From: Balanoglossus misakiensis
Taxonomy: Eukaryota > Animalia > Hemichordata
Length of the DNA: 64,000 nt
Assembly (NCBI GenBank): GCA_040954595.2
Contig: CM082598.2
Location: forward strand, 8,385,097 to 8,449,096
Direction of reading: 5' to 3'
The position numbers and the translations under genes are program-made. Of this stretch, positions 39,831-52,421 are shown piece after piece; within the stretch, counting starts at the first letter, position 1; each line of letters starts with the position of its first letter. Below the pieces are notes generated by a model. That model did no database searches. It was not told the origin of the DNA and worked only from the letters and a program-made list of their open reading frames with translations.

Positions 39831-41170
39831 CAGAGACAGACATGTTTGACCAAAGGAAGTCATGAAATACAGTAAACATATCATTTCTTCTATCTCTTAC
39901 TACAGTTGGTTGTGGACTTTCCGCCGAGAATGCAATGAGATTTGACCCCCTAGCGCAAAGTAAAAACCTATTTAAGGCAGCCAGAATTTTCTGCATAGTA
40001 TGACGGAAACATTTGTAAAGTCATGGCTAGCATGGGTTGGCAGGTTTATGGGACCCCGCTCAGGTTCCCTCGAATAAAACATAATACATGTTTGGTGACT
40101 GATTATTCTGTATTTGTTGATTTTGTCACATTTTCAGATAAATCCCTATCAATCAGTCATATTTGTTCGGCCTTGCTATACAGCGAAATATAAATCTTGT
40201 TGACTGAAATTGTTGAAGATAGTGGTACATAAAGGTTACCATGAAGTGGAGAATATTCAAATGATTATTAGTGGTGTCCAACTCTCCATGATAACCAGTT
40301 GTGGCTTGCCACCACCATAATTTTGAAAGGGCGACTTCACTGTTTGATAGGAAAAGGTAGCCTTTACAAACAAGCTATGGAGCATGTATACAGCAAGTTG
40401 TGCTTACCGGAAAGCGGTCTTGGATCAGGCCTAGGTATTCTCTTCCTCCTCCGGCATACATTGAAATGCTGTGTTTAAGACTGTGAATCAAATATATGCA
40501 AATATTAATTAGTAACCAATCAACTTTGCTTTAGAATTATGTGGGCCATACTAATTAGTGAAAATATGCAAAACATGGTATAATATAGGGTCAGAAAACA
40601 TATCCAGCCTGTTTGTGTCATGAGTTACATTTTTCTTTCTGGCCTAAAGTATTGTTTTATGTCACTTTAAACAACATCACTTTCCTTCATGCGTATAATA
40701 TGATAATAGATATCTTAGCCAGTTTGATTAAGCATGGACTAGCGTATGTTCTGCCACAGCTACAGTATCTCCCTGTGTATTGGTATGGGAGTAATTTTAG
40801 CTATATGGTTAAGGAAATGCATCCAAATTTATTTTTTGCTCCACGTGAAGATTTGAACTTGTGAGTTGTCCATTTATTAAATTCATGTCATCACGACCAT
40901 ATCACAGGCCATCAAGCCCAGAATTCGAAGGGGAAAAACAAGTATTGAAAGCTGGAATGTGTAAATTAGTTCGTAGACATACACTGCTTCCTATTGTTTC
41001 GTTTGCAACGCGTGATAAAAGCAAATATATAGCAAGTCATGCTTACCATTGAGCGGTCTTAAACTCGCCTCGGACGAGGAAGAGAATCCCGAGTTGAAAT
41101 GCAGACAATTTCAGGCAGCATCTGTGAATCAAATAGACATAGAAGTTAGTAACCAGTCATAGTAGCTCTG
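34620..41170. repeat. Recent tandem segmental duplication (offset ~3.1-4.0 kb) with differential deletions; an older third copy lies at ~28.8-31.7 kb
   Basis: Matching blocks 34620-35750/38612-39830, 36285-36500/39832-40050, 36505-36815/40283-40593 and 37462-38020/40602-41168. Also 28830-28990 matches 40226-40390, and 31150-31350 matches 36770-36955. Confidence 0.9.
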
Positions 41171-42269
41171 CGTGGCAGGGCTGCGTGTTAACAGCTATGC
41201 CATAGTTGACACTGGTAGCTTATAACAGTCTCAATGGTGCCAAAAATCCCCCCAACAACAAAACTACTTCTGGTCAGTTTATTCGCTCTTGATTTGCCTT
41301 AAAAGTTATACTCTAGTAGGGGGCTCTCCCTCCGCGATTTTATTGTTTGTTTGTTGTCGTTGTTGATGATTGGCATTATAAACAAATACATATTTCTTTA
41401 TCAATAAATATGGTTTGTTGACATGCAAGTGTTAGGGTATATTCAACGGTTAGGGTTAGTGTTGGCACTTTTTTCGATCCACGGCCCCGGGCATCACTAA
41501 GCCACAAAGAGAGGGTGATGCTGACAAAGCTGACTCGAGGCCACGAACGACGTACAATTTACTCGCACGGTGTAAAACAACGAATAAATTCCATGCGACT
41601 GTGAGTTTACTGTTCGGCGCTGTAACGCTTCCCAAAGTCAGAATTTCGATGTTGGGAGAGAACTCTCGCCCTACCACTACCAGTTTTTGCTAGAAGGAGT
41701 GTACATGTACTTGTAAAATTACAGTAAATGCCATGCTTACCAGAGAAACCACATCATCAAGCATGGAGGCGACCGGTACCTCCATGCTTGATGAACGTCG
41801 AAGCTGCAATGATTTTTCAAATGCAAAGGTCAGCGGTACGAGAACGAGGCAGCACCTGCTCGTCAATTATGCAAATTAGTTACTACTCAATCAGAATCTT
41901 GCTTTCGCATACTAATTAGTCAAAGTATGCAGTGCAACGTTTATGTGCGGGTGGAGAATGCGCCTCGCCAACTGATGAATTCTGTCACGGCGTTCTTTAG
42001 AAGTGCGATTATGTAACCCCGATTATCTCATTAGGGACATAGATAATATATTTCGTCTTCTTCAATTTGTTTGTACTACGAAAACAATTGCGAAACCAAT
42101 AGCAAGCGCTTACGCTATGAAACGTAAATAAATATCAGTTATGGCCATGTAGAAACGGAACGTCAATCCGCATTTGTCAAAAATAATAGAAAAGACAAAG
42201 AAGCTGAGGGGAATGACCTCTCCGTTCTGACCTATCTGGGGAAGGCCTATTGCAATACGCAATATGTCA

Positions 42270-43435
42270 GATCATGGTACCATCCGCCATTCTGATTGGA
42301 CGAGAGCTCAATCCATCGATACGAAAGTACTCAATAGAGCACTGCTGAAACTGGCCCTGAACTAATAGCATGCAACAGGGAAAACGCGACCTTTCAAATC
42401 AAATAAATACAAAAAATACAGCCAATGAATTTACGGCCGGCCGGTTTATTTTTTAACTGCTCTATAGGAATTGTTGTCACTGCCATGGACCACTTCGCGG
42501 ATAGCATAACGCAGGGTGTTGTGGGACAGTTTGCGTTCTGAGCGCGTGCGTTAGCCATGCACTGTTGAACGCAAATTATACAATCATGCATTGCAGATAC
42601 CCTATCCGCGTAGTGGTCTATGCACGATGCATGTCTTGTCACTGCGCACTCGACAAATTGGACCGTTTCTATAAAAATATGAACTGTGACTTTTGATTTT
42701 ATTGAGAAATGTCTCCCGAATTACGACCATGTAACGTAAATCATGGAAATGTATTCTGCTAAAGTTGCTCCTGACGGGTTCGCTGAAACATTGTGTTATT
42801 GGTAAAATACGTCAAGTATAAAATATTGAGTTACCTATTATGATAAATTATCATACATGCAACGCCTGTATTTAACACTTTCTATTGTTCTCGCCCTGAA
42901 GATATTTTACGGTATTTCACAATGTGAAAATATCGCGTCCGCGTCTCGGCGCGACAGTTCGCTGCGCGCGCGAGCGACACACAGGGCATAGGACTCTAGT
43001 GGAGAGGGGTGTTGTAAAATTCGGTTATTAGAAGCTGTAATAAAGTTTTCAAAGCTGGCGGTTTTGTCATGTTGAATGCATCATTTTTAATTCTTCGAAA
43101 TTCTCAATGCAAAATAATTGTTAACACGATATTTTGAAAGAGAACGTAGACAATTTTATTTAGAATGCGGATGTGCCCATCGTAATGAAAGCTGCCAACC
43201 CCCTTAAAATGATACTACGGCCCACACGTCATACGTCACAACATGTCTACTGCCGTGATCCCAGCGCCCGGTTCAAATTTGAAATTGTTTTTCTTGGCGC
43301 ATTTTCGCAAATCGTACTGTTTTATAGGTAGGCATGTGCGTGATGTCCGTATTTTGACTCGTTGCGAAGCGCAACTCGTCAAAATACGGACACACTCGAA
43401 TACGACGCGTTATCGACCAAAATTAGTGTAATAAC
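42270..43435 (-). mobile_element. Non-autonomous hairpin-ended element, inverted relative of 53581-54130 (Crypton-like)
   Basis: TCCGCCATTCTGATTGGACGAGAGCTCAATCCATCGA (~42283) is the reverse complement of ~54057-54092, and similarity continues to ~42485. Hairpin at 43344-43392. Boundaries approximate. Confidence 0.6.
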
Positions 43436-45226
43436 CCCTAAATATCAGATTTATGTGTTTAATCAAGATAGGCCTCTCTTCATATGTTTCATTTATTTGT
43501 ATTGAATAACAGTTATCTGATTCAGTTTCATGAAGTATACACGGATTAAATGTTTATCCACTGTAGTGCCACTGAAATGGCTTTCACGTTTGAGACTTCG
43601 GGCGGTAATCTTATATTTACTTTCTTCATTTCTAGTGGAGTAGACTACACCGGGGTCGAGCTAAAATATCTATAAGCAATGCGCAAAGGGAGTATTTCAG
43701 CCGTGATGACCGGACGATGTCGGACAAAGTCTACAACTTAATACACGATCACCTCCAATTTGCATATGTCCATAAATGGCTAAACTTGCGTATCCTAGTG
43801 TTCTAAAGAACAAATGGTGGCGCTCTTATTGTCGCGTGTGCCACCTCCTGAATATCTGTGATTGGCTGTATCTCAATTTGCCATGGTAACTGTAGCTAAA
43901 TTTGCATAGGTTACCGTATACCTTTAAGGCACGTCAAGCGTATGTCCTTGTTGGGCTGTCTGACAGGAACGAATCGAGACCCACCGCACAGTCACGCAAT
44001 AATGAAATCCACATCGCCAAAAACGATGTTTCACTAGACTCGGGTACATGCAACTATCTCATGCCATTTACAGAATTGAACACCCCAGGCAATGTTACGT
44101 GTTGCTCTATGACTGTTGCTCCATGACCAACCGTACAGCAAACAACAAACTCATGTCCAAACCAATGACGGTCGCAACTCATTGCATTAAACAATATAGA
44201 TGGGGATCCCAAAGAATAATTCAAATATATATGCAGAATTGCCACGCAAGTCGAGCATATTGTCCACATTTAAGCACTCTGCAACTGAAACATCCAACCC
44301 AAGCTTTTTACAATACAGGAATTAAAAATTCTGATTGAATTAATGCCAAAATAAAACGAAAAAGACAACTCACAAAATGTATATGTAGTGTTTCATGTAG
44401 TGTTTTGATCTCAAGAAGACACGAAAAAAATCGTCCGGGGGAAAGCAGGTGAGAACATCACCTCATTTTTGGGATATGAAATAAATATCTATTTTACGGA
44501 GACACCTGGTAAAAAGTCCACCCTAGTCTCAATTTTCCAGACCCCTCTGGGATAGTCGAGTAGTCCATCCCCATGAAACTGCATATTTTAAAATAGCCAA
44601 AATGAGTCAATGGGGCATTTTTCCATCCTACCTCAACCTTGCTAAGAGTTTCCGTGCCAGTCACCTGCAAAAATTAAATTTACCACGGACAAATTGAAAT
44701 ACAGCCAATCGAAAAAAGTGCGCCACCACATGGTAATTTGAAGACTTTGACGCTCTCTTCTGGCCGTAACCGCATGTGATCCGGAATAAAATTGAGCCTT
44801 GATCGCGTTTTTTTTTTCACCACCAGCGAAAATCTACGACGGCCCAACCGCAGATTATTGCTGCTCCATACAACAACCGGCTGTTCTGTGCATGTGTTTT
44901 GTGTTCTGGTGGCGTTTGCGGGTCTGAGACGTCATTTCTAGAAGGCCCTATTCGTTTTATACCAATAACTTTTACCACCCATGCTGGATTTTTTACGTTT
45001 TCTTTGACGACGCTTGACCCTTTTCCTGCTTTGTTGTAGTCTTGGTTACCCAGATGCCTTTGCAAAGGCGACTGGGTAACAGAGACCAGTTTTGTTGTTG
45101 GTAGGTTGTTTGTTCGTAACGTCTGTAACTGGGATTCTTCACTTGTGGAATATACTGCTTATTTCTTGTGTATCTGCATTTTGTTGATGTTGTCGCTCCT
45201 CTGGCAGAAAAGCCAGTGTGCTAGCT

Positions 45227-45476
45227 GCGACTGTTCAGGATTTACTTCCGGGGGCGGAGGATTTTCAGGAAGGACCGCCCATTTTCTCCAAGAACAATTA
45301 GGGAGGAATAGACATAAACATCACAATCCTTTTTGGGGGGACCATGGAAAAACCCTAGGAAATTTAAGGGGTACCACTGATTTCCTCCACAATTTACTGG
45401 GGTCCATTGAAAAAAAATCACCAAGAAAATAAAAAATCCTCCGGCCCCACCCTGAAAGTAAAATCTGAACAGTCCC
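45227..45476. mobile_element. 250-bp MITE of the same family as 29210-31143
   Basis: G(C)GACTGTTCAGGATTTACTTCC...GGAGGATTTT and AAAATCCTCC...GAAAGTAAAATCTGAACAGTCCC|TAA. Confidence 0.7.
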
Positions 45477-45629
45477 TAACTTTTGTTTGTTTGCTTCTTT
45501 ATTCGTCTGTCTGTTTGTGTATTCTATATTATGTTATATGAAATATATAAAAAATGGAAGTTCAATTCAGTGAACATCATTGGCACTTACAGAGTTTTAA
45601 ATCAAAATAGTAGATTCACACCAATGAAT

Positions 45630-46078
45630 ATGCAAGTCATTCAGATCATTGGCGATTCGAGTCCACTGTGAAATCAGATCAGCGTCGAGTGGCTCGTCCC
45701 AAGGGAGACCGCGTTTCCATAGCAGCTGAACAAAGAGTTTCGCCCTAACATGAACTGGGGCGAGAAAACCAAGTGGGTCAAACAATTTAGCCGCGGAACT
45801 AACAACATCACGTTTTGTAGTTAGCGCAGTGGGAACCGGTGTCTCGTCGTGCTTTGTGTAAGTTACCGTGTCGGTTTCGGGTTTCCAGCGTAATCCGAGT
45901 AAGGACACCTCTGTTGAGGGATCAGCGATATTGTCCCGTTCAGCGAGTTCGCGTATCTGTGAACTGTTGGACGACCAAGCGCGTAGTTTGAACCCACATG
46001 TCTGCATGAGTCGATTAGCTTCATTGAAATAGGAAACCGCGTTTTCATTAGAGTCAGCGCCGTCGATCACGTTGTCTG
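45630..46078 (-). pseudogene. BEL/Pao LTR retrotransposon pol fragment (end of RT plus Pao peptidase_A17/RNase H connection)
   Basis: DNVIDGAD...GFKLRAWSSN...LLGLRW...TKRDVVSSAAKLFDPLGFLAPV...KLFVQLLWKRGLPWDEPL; no LTRs seen. Confidence 0.92.
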
Positions 46079-46304
46079 TCTCCGGACCTTCTCGGATAAA
46101 TATGGAAAGCCGTTGGGGACCCCCGACAACTTCTCTCAATACATGGGTAAAGTCCATAGACAAATGATAGGAACGCATATGCTGAAAATATGACGCACAT
46201 TGGGTGCCGACGCCGTAATCTAAAATGCCGGTAACAACCAAATTTTTGCCGACACCTTTACTCAATCTACCGGCGCCGACAAAATCACAACCGGTGATTT
46301 GATG

Positions 46305-46640
46305 AGTTCTCGCATCGGCGTTTCTACAGAGTTGTCGCATCGGCGTTTCAGCTAGAAAGTTGTCGCATCGGCGTTTCTGGAGAGTTTTGTCGTATCCGCG
46401 TGTCTGGAGAGTTTTGTCGCACCGGCATATTTCTACACATGCGCATCGGCGTTTCAGCTAGAGTTTTCTCGCATCGGCGTTTCTGGAGAGTTTTGTCGCA
46501 CCGGCATTCTACACATGCGCATTGGCGTTTCAGCTAAAGAGTTTTCTCGCATCGGCGTTTCTGGAGAGTTTTGTCGCACCGGCATTCTACACATGCGCAT
46601 TGGCGTTTCAGCTAAAGAGTTTTCTCGCATCGGCGTTTTC
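46305..46640. repeat. CpG-rich tandem repeat (~25-bp subunits, 78-bp higher-order unit)
   Basis: CGCATCGGCGTTT core; GAGTTTTCTCGCATCGG at 46461, 46539 and 46617. Confidence 0.9.
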
Positions 46641-46649
46641 TCTGATTTT

Positions 46650-46712
46650 CTGAGCATGCGCAGTCACCACTGCACACAGAACTTGTGGAGCGAAGTTGTA
46701 GTGAAGGTAAGA
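46650..46712 (+). promoter_or_regulatory. Candidate promoter and non-coding first exon of the BTB-PHR gene
   Basis: NRF1-like GAGCATGCGCA (~46652) followed by an AAG|GTAAG donor at 46707; matching acceptor TTGCAG at 48012, just before ATG 48018. Inference only. Confidence 0.35.
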
Positions 46713-48017
46713 AAAGTTATGTTCGTTTGTCAAGTCCTTTCCGCTAGTTTCCTGCGAATCCACTGTCTCGTCTGTGTTATCTTTTTTAATTTACTGTTTC
46801 CTAAACTCTTTTCGTGAAAAAATGATCTGGTTAGTTTACGTATTTCAGCCGATCATCCACGGAGAAAGTTCTCAACTTAAAATGATTGCTATTGATATGC
46901 TAATATGGCGCTCGCACGAAGTTAACTGAATGTCCATTTTGGGTGAGGGTCAGAGTTCGCTGGCTGGCTGTGTGGAAATCTTACTGGTACTCCTTGGAAA
47001 AGTGGCTGCAATTTGTAAACGGACAAGTGATTTTGTTCAGGAATTTAGTTTGGGAACAGAAAATAGTCAGTTCAGGGAGGTATAGGTCATTTTTTACTGT
47101 TCAAATGTTAACCCAAGTTGGGTTCCTGTTGGGAGTCCATAGCTGTTTGTTTTATGAGCCTACAGATAGTGAAACTGATAGTGACACAGCTGAAAAAACA
47201 TGGGTTGATTACATTATTGGTTGGTTTCTATGGACACCTGCATTTCAATTAGATGTGATGTTCTTGTTTTCATGTATAATGTTTGCACCTAAAGTGGTAA
47301 ATTTAGGAACAAGACTACAGACCTTTTTCAGCAACAGTCAAAACGCAACTGTGTCATAATAATGCACTGGAATATGTTGAAAAGCTGAAAAAAGAGAGTT
47401 CAACATAATTTAGAAAAGAACAAAAAGAAATGTAACAGATGATATACACTGTCATGGAATCTCCATGAATTTGACTGAACTCTTTATTTGAACTTTTCTT
47501 TCTAATGACATTCATGTAAATTTACATGATTTATTCCGATTTACCAACCAATTTATAAACTGTAATTTTACAACATTTTTTCACTATAATGCCCCAATTT
47601 CGACTACGATATTTCACACTTGAATAAGGTATGATAAAATAAACAAATTTTGACAGTTAAGTTTACTACAGAAATTAAATTAAAAGAAACTTCATCAAGA
47701 AGTCGCCAGATTTCATAACCGTTCATAGATTTCTGTCAGGGACAAATATAACCCAATTTGTTTCCATGTTTATTTGTTTTTCTAGTATTGATGCGATAAG
47801 CCTGTTGTATATGTAATACTTGTCTGTGCAATTTTTGAGAACAATTAGAATTTCCTACCAAAATTGTTTATAAACTGATAAAATGAACAATCTAACAATT
47901 CAGATATTTTCCAATATAATTAGGATACAGTTAGGCCCTGAGCTATTCAATTTGTGTCGATATACAACTAAATTGATACAATACTGGTGTTATACCTTTG
48001 TTACACTTGCAGACATC

Positions 48018-49026
48018 ATGTTACTGGCCCAAAAATTGCAAACTTCATATAGAAACCAAGACACTGTGGCAAATGATGTCATCCTTCGCTTCAGAGATGG
48101 TCAGACTAGAAGGGCCCATTCATTGGTGTTGTGTCTTTTTTCGGATGTGTTTGCCGGCCGTTTGCATTCGGAATGGGCCAAAGACAACACCATTGATTGT
48201 TCTGACTTTGATCCCTTACTCACGCAAAATGTCATTGATGATTTTTATTTTGAAAAGTTAAATATTACAAGTGAAAATGTTGAAGATTATGTGGAGATAT
48301 GTAACTTTTACATGATAGATTCTTTAAAAGAGAAATGTGAATCATTTTTAATTTCCAACATTGTAACTTCCCGCAGTATTAGAGACCTTGTATTTTGTCA
48401 GAAATGCCAGTTAGATAGTACTTTTGAACACTGTCTGTCAATAATTGATCAGAATGGTGTTAAACTGTTTAATTCTGAGCAAGTTTTGGAAGATTTTCTT
48501 CAACTTCCTGAAAGCATAGGTGGATGTAATCACAAGAAATGTGGTTCCAAATAATGCCATTGTGGCGCGGCGTTTCATCAATGAAACAAATCCAAACACA
48601 TGGAAAGGAAACCAATTTGAGGGTGACAGGATTTCCTTTTCAGTGGATGTTCCTGTCTCACAGCTAGGTGTTTATGTGTTTGGAAATACAGATGAAAGTG
48701 TCCATGCTCATGTCACAATATTAAATCATCAACAATCTGTTGTGTACAATACAGAAGCCTCAAACACTTCGCCCCAGAATACCTTTCCTGTTGTCTTCAG
48801 TAAGCTGATTAAAATCCCACCCAATGTAGGTTATTCAGTTGTCTGTCAAATCAGAGGAAATAAAGAAACATCATTCGGGTCACGTTGGATCTCTCGCCGA
48901 AGAATCACAACATTAAAAAGTACTGATTTCTGGGTGACATTTAAAAATTTCAGTATGCAAGGTCTGAGCAATGGCACAGATGTCAGTCAGGGGCAAATCT
49001 CATCACTAATATTCTTTGATATATAA
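48018..49026 (+). pseudogene. BTB/POZ + PHR domain protein (BTBD1/2/3/6-like) with one frameshift near 48519
   Basis: BTB: DVILRFRDGQTRRAHSLVLCLFSDVFA...ITSENVEDYVEICNFYMIDSLKEKCESFL. PHR: DRISFSVDVPV..LGVYVFG...FPVVFSKLIKIPPN..YS...SNGTDVSQGQISSLIF. AATAAA overlaps the stop. Confidence 0.85.
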
Positions 49027-50150
49027 ATAAAGGTGTTGTTTGGCAGGACATGGTGTATTGGTTTCTGGCACCCATCTTGACTGAAAGAATTTTGATGAAA
49101 TCAATTTGTAATTCTTGAGGGATGATATGTGTTTTACAAGGTCCCATTTGGTATATGCATATATACCATTGGAACCTTATGGGATTGGTTGCGTCTGTAA
49201 TAGTATTTATTAGAAATTTCATTTGAGGGTGTGCAGATGTAGTTTCCTTGATTTAGTTTTTCAAATCAAGGGGAAGAAATCAATTGTATATTTTTGGGAT
49301 GATTTAGGACATTCTTGGTCAAAAAATATTTCTCAAAAGCCTCTACCCTGATTGCTTTGAAATTTGCAAACCCTTTAATGAAAATGTTGATTTTGTATTC
49401 TTGTGGCTGTTTTTTCCATTTTTGGTACAAAAATCAATTTCTCTGAAACGGGTTGTCCATCCAATTGCTTTGCAATTTACTAAATGTAGTTTCCTTTTGG
49501 GATTGTTATTATGATATATCAAAATTATAGTGAAAATGAAAATCTTGTATTTTTGTATTATGTTTTCTATGTTTCCATGTATTAGTTGATATCAGAATGT
49601 TTTGAATTGATTTCTGTAAAATTTGAGTTGTAAGTCAACGGGATGTGCTCCTTTAGAATTATAATGGGATCAAATCAAAGTAAAATTTGAATTGTTGTAT
49701 TTTATGACATTTTGTCTTATACATTTACCACAATTTTTTTTATCTCAAGCAGAAAAATATCCTGAACATTGTTCTTTGCAAGTTAGATGAAATCCCCTAA
49801 TGAGTTTTTTTACACAGAAAATGTCTACATGTTTATATAACTTAGCCCATCTGTCAAGAGACAGTTCTATTTGCTGTTCTATTTGGTGTGTGCACAGTAC
49901 ACATGCCATTGGCAGCTCACGTGTCAGTCAATGGCCAGTCAGTGTTTGCCTGTTGATCTGTGTGTGTGTATTCTGGTGTAAACCTTTCCTTCCGTAATCC
50001 TTAAACGGGACCACACTGTCCTTGACGGTATTTTTCTCTTTGATTCTGAAATTGTCATGATAATTCCAGGCCCTTACACTAGGCACTTTGCAAATGTTAG
50101 CAGCTGAGTTATCGAACCCTATCAAAATACCTAAACTGTTTCTTTTGCTA

Positions 50151-51480
50151 CCCTTACGAAGTTGTTATCTTGCCGCAAACATGCGGCGAAGTTGCGGCAC
50201 ATGTGCAGCACGCAAATTTCTGACCGCAAAATTGTGGCAACTATTCGCCGATGGTCGCCAGTACCGGCACACTTCTGGCGATCAGTCAAGCCTTTTGCGG
50301 CACGTATGCCGCAACATTTAAGTAAACACAGAGTGTCTTGTACTACTGGTGATCAGTGGAGCCTTTTGCGGCGCATATACCGCAAAAGTAAAGTAAACAG
50401 GGAGTTTGATATTATCTGGTGATCAGTGGAGTCTGTTGCGGCACGGTTGCGGTATATATGCCAGAACTTTCAAGTAAACAGAATTTGAATATGCAGCTGG
50501 TTATAATTACTTTTTGGTGACATGTGCAGAAACAAGAATGAGGCTGATTTCATTTAGGCGGACATTTTGATTGTGTAAGGTTACACTGGGATCTCTGTGC
50601 CCATCAAAAACCATGAATTTGATGTCACCAATCCATACAGCTGGAAGCTGCTTCACTTGAATACTGTGGTAGCTATATTTGTGCATTACCAGAGGTCAGT
50701 AGTTTGAACAATTTCCTAAGGATGATGTCATAATCTTGTACTAAAAGAAAAACTCTGATGTACGTTGATCCAAGACATATACCAGTAAGAGGACACTTGA
50801 GACAAGAACATTGCAAATTGACATGTATACAGCTGGGTGATTTTCTAAATGTTGTTGGTTTCTGTGGTAGTTGAATCACTTGAGATAGCTATAAAATAAT
50901 TCTTGTTGTTGAAATAAACAATGAGGGTCACAATTTCACAAAGAAATGATGTTTGGTCCATGCCTGTTGAATATACTTGGGATAACTCTCCTTATGGGAA
51001 GTACCTAAGTACATGTATGAATATGACACACCAGATTCACATGAGAATTAAGATTTGCTGAACCAAGATACATGTACTGGGAAGTATGTGTCATTGCAAA
51101 CTTAAGAACAGAATGGATAGATTGGCAATTCTTTTTACGGGTGGCTGCATGGTAGCTAGGAAGGGGCCACAGTAGGGATTAATTATTAGCAAGCTGGCAT
51201 AATTTGCGGCATATACGCCGCAAAACCTCTTCTGGTCCACCAAAAGCAAGAGGTCATAATTTGCGGCATATACGCCGCAAACCCCTGTTTTGGCATACGT
51301 GCCGCATATGTGCCACAAAATTGCGGTATGTTTACCGCAACTGTGCGCCGCAACAGCTCATTTGCATGCGAAAATATGCATTAGCCGCACGTGCGCCGCA
51401 AACATTTGCGGTATATGTGCTGCAAAGTTGCGGTAAGTTTACCACAACTGTGCGCCAGAAGCCTTATTTTTTCGTAAGGG
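50151..51480. mobile_element. Non-autonomous CACTA/EnSpm-like element with short TIRs and dense subterminal repeats
   Basis: Ends CCCTTACGAA ... TTCGTAAGGG; many TGCGGCA/TGCCGCA repeats in 50170-50460 and 51200-51460. TSD not clean (TA vs AT). Confidence 0.6.
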
Positions 51481-52421
51481 ATACTTACAACATATGTCTG
51501 TGACAAATACTGCTTCATCATTTTATTATATAAATGCTCAATTGCAACACTGATTTGAGAGAAATGTATCTTGGCTTATTTTATAGTTCTGTAAATATTT
51601 TCCAAGTACATGTAGTACTGTTGACAAAATTTGATTAACTACTGCTTTATACTGTCATGGGCACCAACTCCGTCAATTATATGTGATTGAACTGCCAGTA
51701 TGAACTCTCATAAACCACCACATTTCCACTCCACTATGACCAATTGATCTGAGTGAAACAGCGTCGCAATGAAATTTGGACTGTCATAAGCCATATATCA
51801 CATGTAAGCAATATGGATGATTTCGATGCTTCTTTATGCTTTGTATTGTGTAAAGCTCTGTTGTGTCAGCTAGTTTCTGGTTTGAGTCTAGTCATGGATT
51901 TTATTGTCAATACATGATGCGATTGCTGTTATCATAGAAAATAGAGTTCAAGTCAACAACAGTCTTTAAACATATGCATACTGTGTCTTCTAGCAGAATA
52001 CTTGGTGTATAAAAGCACTTTTGACAACTTGTATGGCATTTATATTCTACTGGGTGTATCAACTAATAGTTTGTTCTATTGGCGGAAGCATGTAGAAATG
52101 TTCAGTGTTGCCAGTAGGAGATGAGGTACAACAGATAGTTATTTTATGTTATGCTTTTAATATCATTTCAGATGTATAAGAGAAAAGAAGACCTGACAAA
52201 AGGTAAATGTGAAATGTACTGTAAATGTAGGAAGATACTTTTTCCCTTGGAAATTTTGTACTCGTCAATTTGGATAATTCACAAAAATTGTTTTCTGGAA
52301 TTCGTATTTTTCAGCACAGTTGCTTTCCTCACTTGATGCCTATGGAATATCCAACTCATTGAAAAAAGTGCAACTGTTCAAACAATTTAAGTAACACTTA
52401 ATGTTTTTTTATCCCTTGAAG

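Larger units (their letters stand above)
29000..41855 (-). ncRNA. Putative spliced non-coding (or UTR) transcript made of seven paralogous short exons
   Basis: Exons 41741-41855, 41047-41121, 40408-40480, 37900-37974, 36630-36702, 31583-31667 and 29076-29153. The last has its donor deleted, with a spare GTAAC donor at 28999. All have a CAG acceptor, six have a GTAAGC donor, and most have a TACTAAC/TACTAAT-type branch point. No consistent reading frame. Confidence 0.6.

Noticed and set aside
24565-41052. Numerous 60-145-aa ORFs in the repeat-rich middle region
   Set aside because: No recognisable domains; they lie in interspersed repeats or introns and are the length expected by chance.
29030-41102. 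Recurrent GTTGAAAT motif resembling a CRISPR repeat end
   Set aside because: Copies are kilobases apart inside duplicated exons; paralogy explains them.
36630-41121. Hammerhead ribozyme in the spliced three-way junction
   Set aside because: The CUGANGA and GAAA core motifs are not present in the required positions.
46080-46340. N-terminal part of ORF 45597-46340 as part of the Pao pol
   Set aside because: Pao similarity starts only at DNVIDG (~46078); the upstream part is unrelated sequence that happens to be in frame.
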